Source: Raillietiella orientalis
Taxonomy: Eukaryota
Assembly (NCBI GenBank): GCA_036172245.1
Contig: JAYWIR010000019.1
Coordinates: 434,001-498,000 of the forward strand
Length of the DNA stretch: 64,000 nucleotides
Reading direction: 5' to 3'
Below, piece after piece: positions 48,195-59,529 of this stretch. Numbering within the stretch: position 1 is the first letter of the stretch; the number at the start of each line of letters is the position of its first letter. Under the pieces are notes generated by a model. That model was not told where the DNA came from, searched no databases, and was given only the letters and a program-made list of their open reading frames with translations. The position numbers and the translations under genes were made by a program.

Positions 48195-50500
48195 CTCGCC
48201 TACCCGCGAGATGCTTTGTCAGGATCCCAGAATCCCGAGGATGCTGTACCCCCGAGCGCGCCGCCTCGCGACCGGTATCGACGCACGGACGGCTTTTGCC
48301 CGATTACGCCCGAAAGACACGCAGATGCGGCACGACATGACCTCCCGTCCGAATGGGTGTAAAAAGAGAGGAGGAGGGTCCTCACGGTCTTGTGGGTGGA
48401 GTGGGGGGTGCAAGGAAAGTGTCCCGCGCATATCACGCGGAATGGAGCCGCCTCGCGTGACGCGCAGAGCACGGTTTGCCAAGCGGCGGCCTCTCCGCCT
48501 TTGCGCGGCCTCTCTCGGCCGCGCGGCGACCGTGCCTCCGCCGCCGCTCCAGCGGTAGGGCGCTGCGATCGTGGGTGCAGGCTGTGCTGCGCTCCCATCG
48601 GAGCGCATTCGCAGCTCTGCCGGGGAAGCGTCCCCACGACGCCCTGCGGCGCCTCGAAGTCGGAGGTCGCCGCCTTTGCGACCGTGAGGGTGGCTGGCGT
48701 CCGGTTGCTCTGTACGCGACCCCCGGGTAGGGTCGAGTCGGTCCGCAATTTCCCCGTCTCTTGGCTCCGGGCGCTGCCGTTCACTGGGCGGCGGATTCCC
48801 GAAGAATTAAGGCTCCGTTGACCTTGAGCTCGAAAGCAGAATTGCCAGCAGTTCGCAGCAGCTGCGGGAGGTCCGACCACCACCGTCTCCACGGCATGGC
48901 ACGGTCTACCTGTTGAGGGGGAGCTGCCCGTTTCCCTCGGGTCAGGAGGTGGAGCGCATCGCCGCCACGGCAGCGCACGTTGCTGCAGCAACTGAAAGGG
49001 GAGGCCGCTTGCTCTTCCTACCCCTGCGTCCGGCGGGGGTCCCAGAACTCCCGGACTGCGAGATTTCCACGGGCGCGCGTGGGAGATAGGGAGAGTCTGT
49101 GGAAGGGCCTTCCGGCCCTTCGCTTCTCGGCTGCGACCCCAGAGGTCGTCGCCTCTCGCGCGGTGATCCCTCTGCGCCCCCTCGGCGTTGCCGAGCTCCC
49201 TGGTCAAAGACTAGAGAGCTCATGCACTTTGACGGAAGGCCGCATCGCGGCGTGTTCTCCACCAGCGCTGGAGGTCACGGGATGCGTGCGGCGGTGAGGG
49301 CCTTGCCGCGTCAGCAAGCCGGCCGACCTCCCTCCTGCCATGACTACGCGTTCCCCTGCGACCCGAGGTCTCGCTCCCTCCTGTGCTCCCGGTAGCGCTG
49401 ACGAAGGGTAGGAGCTGCGACCGGGTCTCCGGAGCGTCCGCTCCAGGCTGTTCCCGGTGACCTCGTTTGGGCTATGTGGTTTGGAGTTTTGGCACCGGCG
49501 GCGCATCAGCAGCCGGGCGACGGTCACGCTGACCGGTGGCCGACACCCGGAGGGCTATCGTGAGGCGCCTTAGCTCGAGCGGCCGGTAACGCCAGCCTCT
49601 CTCCCGGGAGAAACTCGCGGGAAGGGGAGGGTAGATCGAGGGTCCCGGGGAGAAGAGGCCAAGTCGAGAGATGGCGCCTTCCCGGGTCGCTCCGAGCCAA
49701 AGTCCCCGCCCCCCACTCCGCGTGCCGGGGAGGTCGCGCACGTGGAGTGAGTGATTCGGAGCTGGCGGATGCCATCGGGGAAGAAGAGAGAGGAAGGAGG
49801 GGGAGCAGGAAGTCCCGAAACCGCTGGCATCTTCAGTTCTTTCACGGTCGTTTTTCCGGTTCCCGCGAGGCGGCGGGGATGTCCAGGAGTGCTAGCGAAA
49901 GCGCGCGCTCCATCGAGGTCGCGTCCCACTTCGGGCTCTCCTTTCTCGCTGAGGGCGTCCCCAATCTCGCGGGCGGGAGGAGACGGCAGGCGAAAGGCCC
50001 TCCAGCGCCGTCGCTTTCACCCGGAGATGGGCAACCACTCGGGAGCGGAATCGTTGCGAAGGCGCCGTCCGCCTTCCGGTGTGGGGGAGGCGCCTCGCGG
50101 GCATGGTCAACACTCGCCGAAGTATCTGGCGAGCCCGCTGATGGCAGACACCTGCCCGCCCTCGGAAGGACCCCCCCTCCCTCGGTCTGCCACTCTCGCT
50201 GAGCCGGCGCCAGAGGTTGCCGAGCTGCCCGGAGATCTGCGGGACGGAAGCGTGTCTCCCGGTCGTCATAGAGGCTGAAGGGAGCATCACCTCCCCCGCC
50301 ATCTGGAGTTGCTGTTGGACGCCCGATGGGGCTGGTGTCGTCGTTCTCTGCGCCGACCGCTCTTCTTAGACCCGTGGCTGGCGCTCTCTTTTTGCATCCT
50401 GGTTTCCATAGGTGGAGGAGGGAGTAGGGGAAGATGGGTATCTGCTCCAGCTTTCCATCTTCCTAACTCCTCCTCTCCCTGCCTTCCTTCCTCCCTTCCT
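48195..50500 (+). mobile_element. decayed L1-clade RT and downstream region; inverted homolog of 52400-53230
   Basis: TGIDARTAF (G.DG-like), RFAKRRPLRL, VRRGSQNS (RQG-like). 48195-48525 aligns to the reverse complement of 52900-53228 at roughly three-quarters identity. Confidence 0.5.
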
Positions 50501-51299
50501 TATCTCATCCTCCCTTGAAGAGAGCAACTGAACCTGCTACTTGCCCGAATCCGCGAGCCGCGGTCTGCCCATCGCCTCAGCGACGGCCGCCTGGCGCCTG
50601 AGCTCTCCTGCCCACGGCTTCCCGATTGCTTCCGGCTCTTCCTGCTGCTTCCTGTCCTCATTGTCCTCCGCGGAATCCTGAGAAGAGGAGTTTTCCGAGT
50701 GTCCCCGGCGGACCGGGACACTCGGAAAACCCCCGCCTGGCGATGTCTATCCGAGCGTCGGAGTCCCTGAGAAGCAGGCGCCCAAGGCTGCGGACTGCGA
50801 CCTGCACGCTCCATCCCGAGCGGCTCCTTCGCGGTGCCCCTGCCCCCGCCGGCGGGCACTTCGTCAGCGGGCCGGGAGCCCCGAGGAACGGGAGGGCCTG
50901 CTCCGATGTCCCTGCGGCGTGATCTCACCCGTTCGGGCGACTCACGAGCGGCAAGAGTGAGGCGTGGATGGAGCTGTTTCCTCTTCCGCTGAGCTGGCAA
51001 CTCGGAGATGGTCGCCGGGAAGCACGGCCGGCTGGCGGTCCCGGAGCGGAGGTGCCGGACGAGGCGTCTCAGGGCAACGGGAGAAGTGACGTCATCGGCT
51101 GTTTCCCGTTCCTGTGGATCTCGGGTCGCCCCTTCGGAATGGGAACAGCGTGACGGGGACGGGCGCACCAGGGGCCGGGACTGCATGTGCGCCAGCGACT
51201 GCGGAGGGTCACCCCCGTTGCTCGCGACCCAGAAAGTGGATGCGCCGCCGAAACTGCTCCCGGCGATCTTCGGGCGTTTGCTATCAACGGGACGCGCGA

Positions 51300-54200
51300 G
51301 GCAGCGGTAGGACAGAGGCCCCGCCGAGCCCCATACCAATGCCTACTCCCGCTGGAGGGTAGGTGCTGTGCGACCAGCCAGCTGGCCAGCGAGGTCCTTA
51401 CTGGGAAAGGCGGAGAAGGCAAAGGGAACGTCAATGAGTAGCCATTGATGTGGAGTCTTGGGGGGAGGTTGCAGTTGCATCCCAGGCATCCTCTGTGTCC
51501 GGGAGGGTTGTAGACAACGGCGGCGTAGATGCAACCGCCGCTGCACTGCGCCGCGCCACCGCGGTTCCCCGTCAGAAGACGGAGGGACGTGGCGCGGTAG
51601 GCCCGAGAGCGCCGGGGCTGTGAAGTCCTGCAGCAGGCACCAGAAGGACACCACCTCGCCACCCGCGAAGCATCTCGAAGAAATTTCAGTAAAAGAAGGG
51701 GGTTCCTTCGTGGAAGCGAAGAGGAAGGGAGGGGAGGAGGAGGAAAAGAGGGGGGGAAGGGAGGGAGGAAGGGAATAATGGAAGAGGAGGAAGGGAAGTA
51801 GGAAGGAGGAAGAGAGGATTCAAAGCATGGAACTATCCAAGAGAATGCTGGGGTCGAGACGGTCTGCCCAGCGGTCCAGTCCACGGGAGCGAGCGCTCGG
51901 TGCCTCTCCAACTGGCGACCTGCTGGTTTCAGCGGCAGCTGGAGCTGGCCGAAGAAGAAGCTGCCGGTTTTTCTTCCGCCAGGAGTGCCTTCCTCCCTCG
52001 GAAAGCACGTGGCGCCTGCCCTTCCTCTGAGCCGGCAGCCAGGGGCCGCGCTGCCTGCACGACCAGTGACGGGCGCCCTGCTCGGGATCCTCCCGAAGAA
52101 GCGCTGCTTCGCGCTGGGCGGACCTCCGCCCGCCGGCCCGACCGCAGCCTCCTCTCGCGCGCCAGGCGGTTGGCTGCGGCTCCCGGGGCGAGGGGCACAC
52201 CGGGACGACTCACCCGAAAGATCGAGTGGGCGGGACGACGTTGCTGGCGGCTCCTAGAGGCTGCAGAAGGTCCGGATGGCGGCAGCGGTGGACCGGCTGC
52301 TCCCATATTTCTTTCCGGTCTCCCGACCTTGACCCTTCCTGTCCTTCCGTGCATCCGACCTGCCAATCCTCCCCCCATTCTCCCGACCCCAGGGGCTCGG
52401 AAGGTCTCGTAGGGCCGCTGCCCTACTTGTTCGTTTTTCTCTCTGAGAAGTGGCACCAGTGGGTCGCAGCGCCACCCTGGGAGGGTCCTTGGAACCCCGG
52501 GCGCATCTCCGTGTCATTTTGAGGGGCCTCACGGGAGATCAGGGTCGCAGCGTAGGCGGGTTGACTGACGCGCCAAACAGCCACCGAGGTTTTCCTTCTA
52601 GGCGACGTGATAAGACATCCTTCGGCCGTTCGGAGGCGGGGCTCAGAGCGCGCCCCAGCGGAGCCCGCAGCACTCGCATCTTCGGAAGGATGGGAGGCGG
52701 CGACCAGCTGCGCCAACTCGACCTTCTGTCTGCGCAAGGACGAAGCGTCGCCGCCGCGAGGGGTCTCCGGGTGGCCTCTCCAAAAGCTCCCCGGGAGCCT
52801 CAGGGTAGGCCGAGCAGGGAGAGGGAAGGGGGGGGGGGACTGGCGCTCCATAGCGGGCGCCGCTTCAACGAGAGGGCTCGACACAATTTCCGTTCTCTGA
52901 GCGACCGAGGGAGGGCACGCAAAGACAGAATCTCTGCTCTCTTGGCAACCCCTGCCCTGCAAGTCTCGAGGGGCGGACCCATCCCTCGTGGGATTCGCGG
53001 GGCCTTTCCCTTGCTCCCCCCTTCACCCCATCCCCCCGACCGCGAGGAGTCTTCTTTTCTTCCATCTCACCCTCTCGGGCGGGAGGTCACGTCGTGCCGC
53101 ATCTGCGTGTGTGGCGTGACCGGACGGAAGCCGTCCATCCGTCGATCCCGGCTTTGAAACACCGCGCTCGGGGCTGCAGAATCCTCGGGATGCTGGGACC
53201 CGGCAACGCATCTTGCGGGTAGGTGGGGATCACTCGGAAAGGAGGCGATGCTTCGCGAGCGCCGGACCAGGTGCGGGCCTCGACCGAGGAGGGTCGAAGA
53301 GGTCCCTCCGTTCCCGACGCGGCGGTGGATCGAGCAGCGAGCGCCTCCACGCGGTAACCCGGCGAACTGGGAACCTCCCGAGGCGCCCGCAGCGAGGTGG
53401 CTGGCCGAGGAAGCGGGGACAGGGAGGGGGTGCCGACAAAGAGCCTCTGGATCAGACCAAGACGGCGTCGGCGCGCCACAGACGGGTGCCTTTCCGCGCC
53501 GGACCCTGGCGGGAAAGATGAACCAGATCGAAGATTGACCTCGCGGGGATCGCAATTGGCGAACACGGCGCGGGGGCGGCTGCGCTTGTGGCGCTTGCGG
53601 TGGCCGAAGGCTGTCCGCCCGTCGGAAGCGCCGTAGGATGGGCTGAAGGAGCAAGGGGGCGGTGCTGCTGTAGCGGCCAAGCAGGCGAGGAAGGGCGCGG
53701 GCAGTTTCGCCCCATGAGGTGGAAGACATCAGCAACGGATCTGCACCACCTTGCCGGCCGTCCCGCGGGAGGGGGGGTGGATGCGAGCCCGCAGGCTGAG
53801 GTGGTGGACGATGACCCCGCGTCAGGAGAAGAGCACTCAAGCAGCTAGGCCCTGGACCCCTGAAACACCTCTGGTGGAGCTGGCCTCCGCGGATGACCCG
53901 TTGTGCCCATCGAGATGACCGCAGGCTCAGCTTGCTCGCAGCCTTGTGAGCAGGCGGGAGCTGCAGTTCCAGCCCGGGCCCTCCCACCACTCCTCCGTTG
54001 CCACGGGAACCTCCTCCCTCCCTCCCTGCTTCTTGCAGATCGAGTGGGATCACCAGGGAGTCTGCATGTCCCGCATCTGGGGCGCCGGTGGTCGTCGCTG
54101 CTGCTTGACACCGAGACCGTGATCTGCCCGGTTGCTGGGGAAACCGCCGCCATCCTCACCTGTTCGTCCCGCATCTCCTCGTCCCTTGCCGGTTTCCACG

Positions 54201-54700
54201 AGGGGAGCCCCTGGAGGAGATGGAGCATCCACCGTGGTACCGGATGCGGCGTGGGAGCTCCCCTACTTGCGCACGCCGTCCGGGGGGGGGCAGATCGCGA
54301 AAGCTGCACAAGGAGGACCTGGCATCTTACACGCTCAACTGGGCATCTCCTCGCGCCCGCGTGGGATGCCGAATCGGATCCCCAGCTTCTCCAGGGGGGA
54401 GAAAAAAGACGACATCTCCGTGGCAACCCCTCTGGCCTCGGGTCTGTTTTGGTTCCGTCCTTCCAAGCAGGAAAGCAAATGCCGAGCGCGCGCGGGACTG
54501 GGAACTGCTTGGCCGTGGGCGGAAATGGCGACCCTGAAGGTGAACCATTTCCCGCAGCAGCCACCGCACGGTCCCGAGCGGAGGGTCGCTACCGGGCGAG
54601 CGCCGTTTCCTTGGTTGCGCTGGCACCCCGAGATGGCTGCGCCGCCGAAGAGCGCTCCTCCACAGGACGCTTCCCCGAGAGCACGTGCCTTCCGAAGGAG
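51300..54700 (-). mobile_element. decayed near-complete L1-clade ORF2 (EN-RT-zf)
   Basis: In minus-strand order: MVHLQGRH (LQETH, ~54530), ARGVAT (RGVAI, ~54425), SDDH, KAGIDGWT (~53150), and CLGCN...KTPHQWLLIDVP (zf-RVT, ~51450). Confidence 0.55.
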
Positions 54701-56639
54701 AAACTCGCGGAACGACTGAAGCCGAACTGGGCGCTCGCTGACGGCCCTCAAGGTCGGCTCCGGACGAGCGAGGGTCCCTGGAAGAGAGTCGCTCGGCAAG
54801 AATGGCATCTGCCGCCACGCTTGCAGCCACTAGTACTCCTCCCTTCTTCCTCTTCCTCTTCCTCCTCCTTGCCTGCTTGCCCTCTGCCGGGAGATGCTCC
54901 AGATGCTGCGGTGAATCCTCTCCCGCCCCTCACAGAGGAAAGCTGGCGGCGTTCCCCGTCCATCCCCAGCATCCAGTCCTCTTCCTTCCCCTTCCGGCCT
55001 GCAGGCGCGATCTGCACCCGTCGCTCCCCCTGGAGTCCTCCGCGTTCGCTGGATAACCTTCTGGTCGAAGACCCCCTGCTTTCCGGTACACGCGCCAGTC
55101 GGGAGCTCTGCGAGTCCGCGACGCCACCTCCCGGCCCCAAATCGCTCCCGGAAACGCGGCCTCTCCGCGAGGGAGAGGGCCCGCCCCTCGAGAGAGCGAG
55201 CGCGGTGCCCCGCCCTCAGGAACGCGCCCGCGGGGTTTTCCGGGAGTGCAGCCGGCGTGGGCATCTCCCTCCCAGAAGGGAGGGTGATGCCGACCCCCTC
55301 CCCATAGGGAGCCGGAGAGGGAAGGAAGGGAGGTCGCTAGCAGCCCGCGACCTTTTCCTCCCAGATCTGCAACTTTGTGAGGGAGGGACCCTACTGACCC
55401 GGGAGTCTGGGGCGGCTCTCCGCCTCCGGCAGCGGATGCTAAGTGCGCAAACTTCTGTGTGGCGCCGATTGACGGAGTTCCCCGAGTCGCCCCCCGAGCG
55501 GAGCAAGTCGCTCGCCCACCTGAGGACCCAGGACGAGGTCTCCACGGCTCCTGCTGCGAGAGCGACCCCTCGGGTTGGGCGGAGACCGCAGGCGCAGAGG
55601 TGGCGCTCCCAGTGCCACTCCGCGGCTCCTTTTCTGGCTCGTCGAGCTAACGGTGCCCTGGTCGCGGGAGACCCAGGAGCTGAGGTCGTCGATCCCGCGG
55701 ATACCTCGTTCCGATTTGCCTTCTCTCCCCTTCATGCTGGTTCCGCCGTCCCCCCATGCGGGCAGCGCGGGCCCCACGCCTCTTCCCAGTCTCGTCCGAT
55801 AGTCCTGGACCCGCAGCGAACCTGAAGCGCTGCTCTCGGGTGCAGAGATCTCCTGGAAACAATGGCACTCTCGCCCGGAAGAGGCCGCTGGCCTGCCCAG
55901 TTCCTCCGCCTCTGAAGATACGAGGGGGAAGGGAAGAAGAAGAGAGGAGGAAGAGGAGGAGGTGGAAGGAAGGAGGAAGAAGAGAAAAAGAGGAACTGCA
56001 AGAAGAGCCCCGCATAAACCTTACACATCTGGGAAGCGAGGCGAGTGGACGGAGGAAGGCAGAGGAAATTTCCGGTAGCAGGAATATCTCTAGGGAGGCA
56101 GGGGCTTATCGGAAGCAGCTTCGCTCCTCAGGGAAGGTTCGATGAGACATTGGAACTCCGCTCTCTTTTTCTCTCTCGTTGTGTCTCCTGCATCGCTTCC
56201 TGAGGCCTGGAAAGAACGAGATTGCGCCGGGATGGTCGGCCAAAGGTCATTGATCGGAAGACGCCTCCGGGACGCATTCCCACGAAGGCGGAAGGGAGGC
56301 GGGCATGAGAGGCGCACTGCTGCCGGAGGGAGTCACAGCGGTACCTTTCTCTGTTCGGGAGGTGAGGAGGAGGAAAAGCAAGCCACGGACACCGATGGCG
56401 GCCACGAAGCACTCGTCAGCCATTTGCGGAAATCGACCACGGTGTGTGACGCGAGGTCCCTGCGAGATGGCACACGCGGCGACCATAACGGCCTGAATAA
56501 CTGGGCCAGCGCGCGAGTGTGTGTGTGGGGGGAAGGGGGTCTTGACTGCTGCCGCTATCTAGCGGCGGTCTTTCAAAAGTACTGAAGCGGGACGCTGGGA
56601 AACCATCAGACGCGCATGTGCAAACATCAGGGTGAGTAA

Positions 56640-57020
56640 CAGTTGGGGTCCTCTTGCGCCAGCCACGGTCGTCCTCCCCATCCACCTGGAAGGAGAGAGG
56701 CGGACGACCGTCCAAAAGAGCTCCAAGGAGACGCACGCCACGCTTTCTACAGAGCTCTGCACGACGTTTCCCTGCGACTGGGGCCGCCGAACGTCTTGTC
56801 GCCGCCACGTCTCTCCCCTTGGAACCGCAGACGAGCCGCCGAAACAGAGTGCTCCCTCCCTCCTCGGTCTGCCCTTACTGAGCGCGGAATGGAACTCTGG
56901 GATGCATCCGAAGCTGATCTCATCTTGGGTGGACTGAGGTCCGGTCCAGACGCGTTCGCTCTGCAGACGTTCATGGTATTCCACAACCAAGGAAGGCCCC
57001 ATTCCCTCTCAAGGTCGTAA
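56640..57020 (+). mobile_element. LINE zf-RVT fragment
   Basis: RHAFYRALHDVSLRLG...AAETECSL...EADLILGG. Confidence 0.45.
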
Positions 57021-57039
57021 TCTCGCAAGTGTTCTGTTT

Positions 57040-57520
57040 CATGCCAGGTGCGATATAAATGTGTGTAATCAAATGACAGTGAAATCATTAAACGTGTTCA
57101 TGCTGAGTGGTGCAGCTTAGTGGCTGTGTTTTCTACGCAGTTAACTATGCATGCAGGAACGCCAAATGACTGTAAAATTAATGAAACAGGAAATTAATAC
57201 GAATGGAAGTATCATAATATAAAAATATAAAACTGAATCAAATTCGCATATAATATAAATGTGTGCGATTAAATTACAGTCAAAGAATTAAATACGTTCA
57301 TGTTGAGTGATTTTATTTACTATCCATCTTATTTACTATTTCTATTCAAATATTCAAGTAAGAACGCAAAATAAGTGTAAAATCAATGAAATATAAAATT
57401 AATATGAACGGAAGTGTTGTAGCATTAAAACATAAAATGGAGTCAGATGTGCATGTAATTTGATATGTACCAATGAAACTGTTGTAATGTCATACTTTAT
57501 GCCAGGTGGATGATAGGCGG
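57040..57520. repeat. diverged ~200-205-bp AT-rich tandem duplication
   Basis: ATATAAATGTGTG at 57053 and 57253; GTTCATG(C/T)TGAGTG and GAACGC.AA...TGTAAAAT.AATGAAA are repeated at the same spacing. Confidence 0.75.
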
Positions 57521-57891
57521 ATTTAACTGAATGAAGCATCAAATGCAATCACTCTTCGTAATGTATCTTGGTAACTGCTTTTAACAGAATAAAATTGAAA
57601 AAAAAATCCATATAATAAATAGGAGGTCAAAACACACTGGAATATATATAAATTCCGAGTAAACTGAAACTGAATATGCATACAATTCGGAACGTACAAA
57701 ATCAAATGCAAGAAAATAACGAGAAACACATTATGAATGCCATTTTATGTACCAGCTGCAATCTGAATGTATTTGACGAGATCAGGTAATGCGTTTACCT
57801 TGCCTAACTGTTTTTAATAGAATTAAGCCCATGATTTAATACATGGAAATCAAATCCTCTAATCCTATAGATCCTATTAATCATATGATCG

Positions 57892-58078
57892 CTTTTTTAA
57901 TATATATATATACATAAATCAAATCCTCTAATCCTATAGAATGTATATATATATAATCTAATCCTATATATATATATATATATATAGGATTCTCTTGATC
58001 CTATGCAATACATATTTATATATATATTTATTCTATAGGACCGCAGGATTTGATTCATGTATATATATATTAAAAAAG
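57892..58078. repeat. AT-rich palindrome (MITE-like hairpin) centred on (TA)n
   Basis: CTTTTTTAATATATATATATACATAAATCAAATCCT pairs with AGGATTTGATTCATGTATATATATATTAAAAAAG; centre is AATCC(TA)nGGATT. Confidence 0.85.
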
Positions 58079-59529
58079 ACATCTTTAGTCCCCACTTTGC
58101 CCTAAAGTCCACTTATTAAAAATTTGCGGCTAAATGTTTACCGCTCTTTGCGGAAGACGACATCCGGTTCCGCACCCTGTTTGGCACCTAAGGGAAAGCG
58201 GCGAGGGAAGACTCGTAGAGGCTCTGTGTTCTGGAGCACGGGTGTGGGCTGGCAAGGGCTCGCCCCCCCACCCCCCTCCCACCCACCTCAGGGCGTGAGC
58301 CTGGCAGACTCGTGGGGCCCCGCGAACGCGACCCATCCGAGTTGCGGAGTGAACGCTCTGCGTCCTCGCGCGGTTCCTCCGCGGGCGTCCAGCAGCAGCG
58401 CCTTGGCTTCCAGGGACAGCTGGGGCGGGACTTCAAGGAGGCTCGCGCGGCACTCCGTCTGCGCGGCGCCTCCTCCCTCACGGTCCCGAAAAGCGCCACA
58501 ACGCCGCCACGTGCCGTCCGGCAGCTGCGCGCTTGTTCGGAGCCGTGGATGCGCCGCCGTCGTTGCTTGGCGGCTGTGGTTCCGCGTCTCCCGCTCATCC
58601 AGCACGTGGCGACACCCCAGCGCGGCCATCGAAATGGCCTCTTCGCCCACCTCCGCTGAGCGTGCCGGCGCAGCCGAGACGGCACCAGGAAGCCGGAAGC
58701 CATCGATCCCACGAGACCGCACGCGCCACCTGGAGACGGAGCCACAGGCGAAGCTCCCTGCCGACCACGTACTCTCCTCTCCTGGAGGCAAACGTCACCG
58801 CCCCCTCCCCAAGGTCTTAAAGAAGCGGAAAATCCCTTGGGCCTGGTCGGATTCCGTCTCGGCACGGGAGACTCCATCCGCCCCGCTTCTCCTCCTCCTA
58901 TTCCTCTTCTTGAATTGTTATAATTACAAGATGCAGATCTGCCGGGAAGGTGGAGGAGAGCGGGAGGAGAGAGAGCAGATAATTAGCACTTGCGCTTGTC
59001 TGTTTGAGATGGCTTCAAAGCAAACTATCCGAATAGGTACCGTGGCTTTCCGAAGAAGATTGATGGACCTCCGTCCATCCAATCACAGTCATCGGCCGCA
59101 ACATTAAAGAGCGATTGATGAGATCGCACACGGGTCCTCGTGGAAGTCGGGGGAACCCATTTTCTCCCGTTATTGCGCCGGCCTTCCCGACCGGCTTTCT
59201 CGGAGCTCCGAGTCGCGGCGCGGCCGCCCGCTCTTTCGCCCGGTCGGCGCTCGCATTCCGCGCCGGGCAGGGAAGCGGGAGGCCACGTCCACGTGACTCC
59301 GGCGCCCTGCGGCCTGCCTTCGTCCAAGGTTCCAGTCGCCTTCCACATGGCTTTCTGTGCTTCCACCGCCTGATGATCCACTTTCACGCCCTCCTTACCT
59401 CCACTCCTAAGGAACGCCTCGCTCGACCGTTTCCTCGACCTCCACTGCGGCCCGCAAAAGTTCTTTCTTTTCTTTTTCTAAAGGCCAGCAGCGACCTCAC
59501 GGGGACATCGTCACTATGGGCCTGAGGTG

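Noticed and set aside
53903..55825. 640-aa ORF, the longest in the track
   Set aside because: R/P/S/A-rich, no domain, non-ATG start, and antisense to a decayed LINE endonuclease region; expected in GC-rich DNA.
57030..57790. AG/GT-bounded segments as further exons of the 43.9-kb gene
   Set aside because: Immediate stops in the required phase; the gene model already terminates at 44281.
58188..58877. Endonuclease-like DVCLQE (minus) and LGRDFK (plus)
   Set aside because: The motifs are on opposite strands, so there is no consistent support.
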